A stretch of 64,000 nucleotides of DNA from the human T2T-CHM13v2.0 reference genome, Homo sapiens, in NCBI RefSeq assembly GCF_009914755.1, contig NC_060928.1, one strand, 5' to 3'. The notes under the pieces are model-generated. The model was not told the DNA's origin and made no database searches. It saw only the letters and a program-made list of their open reading frames with translations. Positions 52,942 through 64,000 of this stretch are shown one piece after another. Made by a program: the position numbers and the translations under genes. Position 1 is the first letter of the stretch; each line of letters begins with the position of its first letter.

Positions 52942-54529
52942 AACTCATATTTTTCTTCTCTACCCACTTCTTCACTCATAAATTTGCTCACCAGCTAATC
53001 TATTCCACTCATCTTTGCCTTTTTAATCTGCTCTCTTTAATCACTTTTCCCTTACCTTTTGATGAAGGCATCCTACCCAGCGCGTTTTGTTCCAGCATCT
53101 CTCCTGTACTTTTGTCCTTTGCAGGCTGCCTTTTCGAAATTATTCATCTGACCATAGCTTGATCTTGCTCATTACATATGATGACTGTCACTTGCCCAGG
53201 ACAAAGCCCTTCACATAGTGTAAAAGGTCCTACTGCCAGTTTCATTCTTGTCTCCTACCACTTCCCACCACACCTGCCATGCCATTTCATACCTCTAGAA
53301 CTTTCCACTTGCTATTGTTGTGTCCTTCTTGCTTGCCTTCTTTCTAGCTGGCATGCTCCAAACATCCTTTAAGAGCCAAATCAATGTCAGTTTCCTCATG
53401 AAGCTTCCCAGAATCTCAAATCAGTGTTAGTTGCTTTTTGTGCCCCCATTCGCATTATCTCTTTCTGTCTTTCCCACATCTGATTATTTTCTTTATCAAA
53501 TAAGAAGCAATTTAGGAGGGAGAGTGATGAAGTGGAAATAGCAGAAAATTGAGAGCCATTCAAACCTAGATCTGCCTCTCAACATGCCTTATGCAAGATA
53601 CATGGCAATGCCAGGTAACTTGACTTGTCTGATCTCATCTACAAGGTGGAGATAATAACTCCTACAAAGTAGGGATGTTGCCGTGGTTAATGGTGGTATG
53701 TAATGTGCTTATCCCGGTGCCTGTCACTTTGCTCCACTGATAACTCTATTGATAAATGGAGCTTCTTAAGGGGCCAAGATTGTATCTTCTTGCTGTTAAA
53801 TCCCTCCATGCCTTATGCCAAAGAGAATGTCAGCACAGTGAGTTTGCAGTAATTTTTGGGAATGCAAATATACTCAAACACACACACACACACAGGGTGT
53901 TTTGTGGCCTGTGATATTTGAGGGATGATATTATCAATTTTAATTGTCAATTTCAGTGATGATGGCACTAATCAATGGATACCATGAGCAGCATGTTCAT
54001 CTGGGTTTCCGTTAGTCAAATAAAAAGCCTAGACAATATTAAGTACAATTAACATAAGAATAAATTGGAAATCAATAAGGATACAAAGTAGTTAGGTAGT
54101 ATCAAGATTTCATTTGCTACATCCTGTATATGCCTCTTTAAAACTATTTAGGTAATTAAAATGAATCTTAAGTTATAAACTCGAGAAAGGATTTGCTTTC
54201 AGATGTGGGGCCTACTGTGTTAGCCTCACTATTCAAACTAGATATCTGGGTATCCTTTGGAGAACATTTAAGGTAGAATTGCCTATGATGTCAGCTCTAC
54301 TGAAACATGATTTTATATGTAACATTATGAAATGACTAAAATCTCCAGGTGGAGTTTAAGTAATCATTCCCATTGATTCTCAAGCTGGGATATTCTTCAA
54401 AAAATCATTCCCAGGCTGGGTAGTTTATATTATTGATATAATTATGACACCTTGAAAATTCAGGAGAGCATTAAATAATGTAATGCTTGCCGCAAACCCC
54501 AGTGTTCCTTACACTGCAGAGCTGCACTC

Positions 54530-54770
54530 TGATTAGAGTACCATACGCATGAGTTTTGGAATCTACGACCAGGGTTCAAACCCAGCTCTGCCACCTCATA
54601 GCTTTATGAACCTAAATTATGTAATATATATAAGCCTAAATTTGTTTTTTTCTGGAAGTAGAGTTAATAGTTCCTCCCTTATCATATTTTTATGAGGAAT
54701 GTAGTACAATAGGTGAAGGGATTAACATAGTGCCTGGAACATAGTAAGTGCTCACTAAATGGAAACTATC
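54530..54770 (+). mobile_element. MIR
   Basis: gggttcaaacccagctctgccac...aacatagtgcctggaacatagtaagtgctcactaaat. Confidence 0.75.
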
Positions 54771-56199
54771 AGCCCTCAAATTATTTCTGTTGAAAGAGTG
54801 TTTCAGCTTCTAAGGAACGTAGCAAGGTTCTGGACTCAGGGATATGACCAGCATTAAAAGTATCATGATCACCAGCACAGGATATAATTATATCTTGGTC
54901 TCAGAGACTCTTAAGTTTATCCGTGCCCAGATAATCTGCCAGGGATTGATGGCAAGGAAAGTAACCCAAACCACTCTTTCTTTCTGAGATAATACAATTA
55001 CATCCATGATCTGAAAATCATGTCTAAACAACTACGTGTAACTGTCCTTCATCAACTCTATCCATGTCTACACTAAAGATGATGTTGGGTGTTAAAGGTA
55101 TTGGATAAAATACAATGAATGTTTCTGAGGGCTATCATGAATAAACTGAGGGCTGTGGACTAGGTCCTCTGGGGTACATAAACTTACAGTTATTGCCATG
55201 TTATATGATGTGCTGTGGAAGTAACTAAAGAGACCATAAAGGTGAAGCTCAGGAGAGCACTGCAGAGCCGTGACTTTGGTGTGAGTCCTAAAGACCAGTA
55301 GGAAGTCATCAGACAGAGCTGCAGTTTTGGTAAGGGGCCTTCCTAGCCCATGGAACAGCATGGCAAATGTGCCTTCAGGGTAGACCCTAGGGAGTCTTTT
55401 CAATAAAATAAACATGACCTACCAAGTTCATGCCATCAAGATGGCATTGTGCCTAACACCTTAGCAGCACGTCATGAGACCTGAAAACACACTTAGTACC
55501 CACGCGGCTTCTACTCTCTTATTCAAAGAAAGCATCCAGAGCTGGAAACATTTTGCCTTGTTTGAACTCACAAACTACAGGAAAGGAGTGCTGGAACTGT
55601 GGCTCCCAAAGGTCTGTTTCATTATTCTCTTTATAGTCTTCTTAACTGCACAAGTGGGGAATGAGTTGAAAGTTAGAACTGCCCAGCTTAAGGGCCTCTT
55701 GCTCTGAAGTGACTTGGAGAACTAACAGTTCCCCAGGCAGCTAAAATCTACTGAACCTACTGTAGATCTTTCAGTAAAAAGTTTAGCTGATGAAAAGTGT
55801 GGTTTTTAAAGCACCATTTGTGGCTCAGGTCCAGGGCTGAATGATACTCCTTATTTATGAACTTCTGTATAGCTGCTGTCTGTATGGCCTCTTGAAGGAT
55901 AAGCCACAGTGAGGCCAGCCTTTTCTTAAATAGGGAATGAGGGCAACAGGAGAACAGTGAATTGTTAGGGGGCAAACCAAATTGGCATCATTTTCTTTGA
56001 GCAAAACTGTCTCTTACTTCTGGGGGAGGCCCCGAGCATCCCACCTGTTCTTGCGAATAGAGGATGTCCATCCCAACTCTCTCTTCTCCACACACCCATT
56101 CCCTGTTCCCTACCCCCTCATGATTCACTAGATTAATTATGCACCACACTGAAGTGATCCCCAGGGTCATGCCATCAGACCCTCATTGCTGGTTACCTG

Positions 56200-59281
<3,082 letters not shown>

Positions 59282-59874
59282 ATTTAGAGCTCTATGTCAA
59301 ATTTCTGGTTCAGATGTTCAGGGATGTTCTCAGTTGGACCTTTTAATAAAAAAAACAATAAATGACCAAATTCTACTTTAAGTTATTTTAGGGTTCCAAC
59401 AGTCACCCACAGACTGAACAAACTCCGAAGATTTGGCTTCATGTAAGAATGTCACTGCAAAGAAGCTTCAGTACCCATTGTGATATCATTTGCTAATTTG
59501 GAGATTGTGATGCCAAAAGTATAAGCCCCATGCTCAGTCAGCATCTAGGTCCAATAGCTCTCAGAGGAACCATACATCAAAGCAAACTTTCTGCAATGCG
59601 GAAAAGAACATCCATGCATTTTTAAAATGAATTTTAAATTTTAAATAATTTTTAAAAGTGGTTTCATCTCTTGTAATGGAAAATATTCAAAATTCTCATG
59701 CTGATTCATGAAGTATACTTATATAATTAGACAAAATAAGAACATTGAAAGAAGCAGACTCCTTGTTTCATCGCTTTAAGCAAATAATAAAAATGGACTC
59801 ATGCAAGTCACACCACTAATTTAAATACATTTTGTAAAAAGATAGCAAATAAATGAAATAAAAATATTTGCTTT

Positions 59875-62800
59875 AGTTTTTTTAAACAAAGATTTATTAA
59901 CTCTGAATTTTTTAGGTTAAGGACCATGCAATATATATCTCCTACACCGAAGTGTCCAAGAAATGTTTTTGGAGTAAATTAATGAACTGCTTTAGAATGT
60001 TGCTCAGAAATTAAGCTAGAAATTCAGAGCAATATTCTCAGGGCTTGATTTACACCAAATCCAAGTTCGCAATGTATTAACATGAAGGAATAGGCCATTG
60101 CTTTCTGAAAACCTTCCTTTTATAAAAGAAATACTTTAATATTATGAATTCTCTTGGTCTGTGTAAAATATTATTTGCATTATAAAAATTGATTTTTTGG
60201 TATAATTGTTCATAGGCAATATTTTCACCAGGATGGGTTCACAAGTGTTAATGGAAGGCGAATTATGTGTGGGACAGTCTTCTAGGGAATATGTGAGGGG
60301 TTTTTAAGATGGATAACATTTTGTACCTGCTTTTGAGTTGCAAATGATCTGGACTGTTGGTTAAACATCGCAGACAAGATCAGGTGAAGAACATTACTAG
60401 AAGTTCAGTGATTAAGAAATAAAGCCACGTACCCCACGGAGTGAAATTTGAATTCCTTAAATTCCCTCAAATTATTTTATGTTGGATTTTACACCAGGAT
60501 AGGAATGTCTTTAAAAGTAAGAAATATTTGACATAAGGTAGAAAATTTCAAAGGAGTGTTTGACTTGTTGCTGGATGTGTCACCACATTTCATGTGTCTG
60601 AGAAATATAAATTTCTACAGCACATTTTTAGTGCCTTAAACAGACTACAATGATGTAAATGGTTGAACAGTTGAAATTTAGTCTGGAACTGGGACAGATG
60701 ACTTGCCACATAGAGTGGCTCCCAACATAAAGTGATCTGTGATGGCAGGACTTTCAGCGTGTTTCACTATTAGCATGTGTCATCCAAGCATGCCTTTCAA
60801 CATCTGTGGAGAAAAGACATGTTACAAATACAAAACACCACCATGATGAATTGGGAATGTCAAAAACCTCTGCCTTGGCTGTGATCCAGTGTTGTTATTG
60901 GCAAGTAGATTCATCCTTCTAGGTTGGTTGCTCCATAAGTAATCTTCAAGAAAAGCAAGTCCAACACCCTTTTTTCTCCTTACTGTGAACTTGGTCAAAA
61001 TTACCAAATGTTTGGTAACCATTTATGGTATCAGGAATGCACCAATAACTCCTTCTGACTCTTTAAGAGCAATCATCTTGTGGAATGCAATTTCCCTTCT
61101 TATTATTGTGGGTATTTTTAGGTACCTATGCTTGACCTTTTTTAAAGAGAGTAAGGATCTGTGATTTAAACTAGGATAGAAGCTGTTCCAGAGATAACAA
61201 AAAGCTGTTGCTTTCTATATTCCAACAGGAACTAGGTAAAACGATAAATGTGATAACTCAAAATAATGTGTATGTTTATCTTCCAGGCTTTCTAATAGTT
61301 AATTGGTTAAATAAAACATTATTTACAGAAATAGAAGAGCCACTCCTCAACTGTTCAAACACTGCAAAGTAAACTAATGCAAGTGCAGTGACCTCTTCAT
61401 CCAGCCACAAAATCATATATATTTTTAATTCTCCAAGGAGTTTGAGATAGTAAAGTTGGATATCATGTAGCTAAACAAAGGCTTTTACCTTTTCTCTTGG
61501 AAAATAGTTAAAATGAATAGAAATCTGATAATTAATCTGGGAAATTTAACCCTGCTCTACTTACCTAATGCCCCCCCAAAAGATGATCTTTTTTTTCTTC
61601 ATTGATTTTATACCTTAAAAAGAAATTACTGAATTGCAGATATACAACTAGTATCTACAGACAGAAATGAAGGTCAGTTTTAGAAGAAACCAGTGTCAAA
61701 TGAAAACACAGATTTCTACATGGTCACATTCATATCACACACTCTTGACCCAAGGTGAGAAAGTAGGTCATTCCTTATTTCTTATTTATTCCCTGGCACA
61801 ATCAGACCACACTACAAGTTTCTTTTACCAGTTGCCAAAATGAAATCATGACACCCTTCAGAGCTACTGTCGTTACATGCAACTCAAGACAACGAGCAGC
61901 ATCATAACCATTGTCAACAGGCAAACTCCAACAATGTCTGGGTTTGGATTTGGTTTTATGTTGAGAGAAGCAGATTTCCTCTGATTTTAATAATCCATAA
62001 GAAACAGAAATCATAATATATTGACTCCATATTACCTAAAAAGAGTCAAAAGAAGCAGAAGTTCTCCCCCGATTCATCCTCTTGTTCCACAGACATTTTG
62101 AAAATAAAAGAAGACAAAATAGAAAGGAAAGGGTGTGAGAAAGAACACAGAAATGACTTGAACGATTTCAAATCCTTATTAAGCATCACTGAGGTTGCAT
62201 TTTACCCATTAGACTGACTGAATTTAGTTCTCACTGCTCAGACCTTGCAAAGAAACTGGACGTACATGGTTTTGCCTTCCAGGGTTGATCTAGAACTGTA
62301 AGGGTGCATGTGAATGTGGGTATGCATGTGTGTGTGCTTTAAGTCCATTTTATAAACACTGACACAAGACAATTCTCATCATTGGTAATAGTCTTTGGAG
62401 TCCAATCATGCAGAAAAACAGGCAGGTGCAAGTTAGGTCTCATTGCAAGATGGACATGGCAAGGTGAACAGATAATCCTACATAAGGATTGGGAGATTTG
62501 TGTCCATTAGAATATACTGGCCATTGGTCCCACATAAGTAAAGTTACATATACAAGATTCTATATATAAACAGAGGCCCCTCACTTCAGTTTGGCTGACC
62601 AAAGAAACAGGTCAAAGTGAGCCATTTTCAGATAGTTAAAGGACTAAGTACCAAAAGAAATAACAAAATCTTATCCTCTAATCACAAAGAAAATAGCTAA
62701 AATAACTATTTACATTGCAACTTTTTTGTTGTTTTTACAGAGAGGAGTTTCCTTGCTTGGCTTAATGATATCTGTGGAAAATGTTGAACTCTTATAATTA

Positions 62801-64000
62801 AAATGTGTGTGGGGGATTGTGAGTGGGGAGTTGGGTTCCTCTTTGGATGCAAAGTGGCTGAGATCAAAAATTTCTAGAGCAATTTTACTCCTCTTTCTGA
62901 GCTGTAGAAGAATACATTTTTCAGCAAAGCTGGCTAATAACATGCCTTACAGAGCATAATGCACTTAAGATGTGGCTTTTCATATGTTAAGAGATTCAAA
63001 TCGAAATAGATTTTGTATAATTTAGGTTTTGCAATGAATATTTACAATTTTAAAACAAATCAAGTTTGCTTATTTTTTTTTCCTTGACAGGACATAAAAG
63101 GTTTTACATATTTTTATCTATTTTTTACTAGTTCCATTTACTAAGGCCAACTTTCAGTTTTACCAGTCAGCTGCTATCAGTGTCTTTAGATAATATTTTT
63201 CTGATAACAGATTGAAAAAACTATCGAGCTTCTTAACCCTCAATTAAATAGCTTACTCCAATTGGTGGGAACTGGCCAGGCTCTGGTCCAACTGTTGGGT
63301 ACATTCCTACAAAACTCAGTCATCAGATTCTTGAAGATGAAAGGTTATTATCAGTTTTTATTCCACAAGAAGAAATTCCGTTGTAAGGCTAGTGTATTCC
63401 TATTTAAAATTGAACACGCTGACCCACAAAACACATATAAAAATAGTAAAGACATATTAATAGTAAAGTGGTGGCGGTTTTGCCAAACTCTTGCAGCAGT
63501 TTAATTTTCCCTGCACATGAGTACACAGCCATCCTTCCTACAAAATACTGCAAACTATTTTATTAAGGATCACTGCAAACCAACTGCCCCAAAGGAAGCC
63601 TAACAGAAGGTTAGGCTCCTCAGAGTGCCAACTTCATGTTCCAAAATGAGCCCCAACCCCAGGTAGAACCTTCACTTTTTTTCAGGAATATTGTCCAGGT
63701 GACTTGACACTTGCCTACCGGAAAAGTTGGGATGTTCTTGGGAAATAACAGGTGACTATTTAAGAAATATTTGGGGTGTGTGTGTGTGTGTGTGTGTGTT
63801 AAGACAGACAAGTGAATGCAGAACATATTATATTCTGTGAATTTGATAATATCATCACCTCCTAGACATATTATAGGAAAGCAGACCTAGTGGGCAAAGG
63901 ACTGGGGGGCTTTTACAGTGGTGATTCTCTTTGTTGTTCCATCATCTGCCTTGCTTTAATCACCTAATAAAACTGATCCTGCAAAAATTCTGGGGGCCAA
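59875..64000 (-). other. MAPK10: Probable distal 3' UTR of convergent MAPK10 (JNK3)
   Basis: About 4 kb almost free of interspersed repeats. Minus-strand AATAAA (tttatt) at 59893-59898 and 61785-61790. Gene identity rests on recalled ARHGAP24/MAPK10 tail-to-tail synteny, not on coding sequence. Confidence 0.5.
63777..63799 (+). repeat. (GT)n microsatellite
   Basis: Directly visible. Confidence 0.9.

Overview
AT-rich, repeat-dense primate (human-like) genomic DNA holding the 3' part of ARHGAP24 (FilGAP, a Rac GAP) on the + strand. Five coding exons (21521-21653, 24374-24447, 27056-27177, 44069-45143, 49960-50203) have canonical AG/GT ends and splice in one frame. They encode the C-terminal RhoGAP half, a Ser/Asn/Pro-rich spacer and the terminal coiled coil, followed by a ~1.9 kb 3' UTR ending near 52150. 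The repeat-poor last ~4 kb is probably the distal 3' UTR of convergent MAPK10 (recalled synteny; no MAPK10 coding sequence here). The rest is intronic or intergenic Alu, L1, L2, MIR, solo LTRs (LTR17/HERV-W, MER41A, THE1, MER57-like, MLT1) and hAT DNA-transposon relics. I found no convincing novel biological system. The most unusual structures are a ~270 bp inverted duplication, a tailless U6 retrocopy with TSD and 72-bp tandem duplication, a twin-primed inverted L1, one target site apparently used by both an Alu and an L1, a 43-nt templated insertion inside an Alu, a MIR-derived poly(A) signal followed by a tail-to-tail Alu pair, and a duplicated unit with copy-specific microsatellite expansion. 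Repeat subfamilies and percent identities are by eye or from recall, and boundaries of old repeats are approximate.
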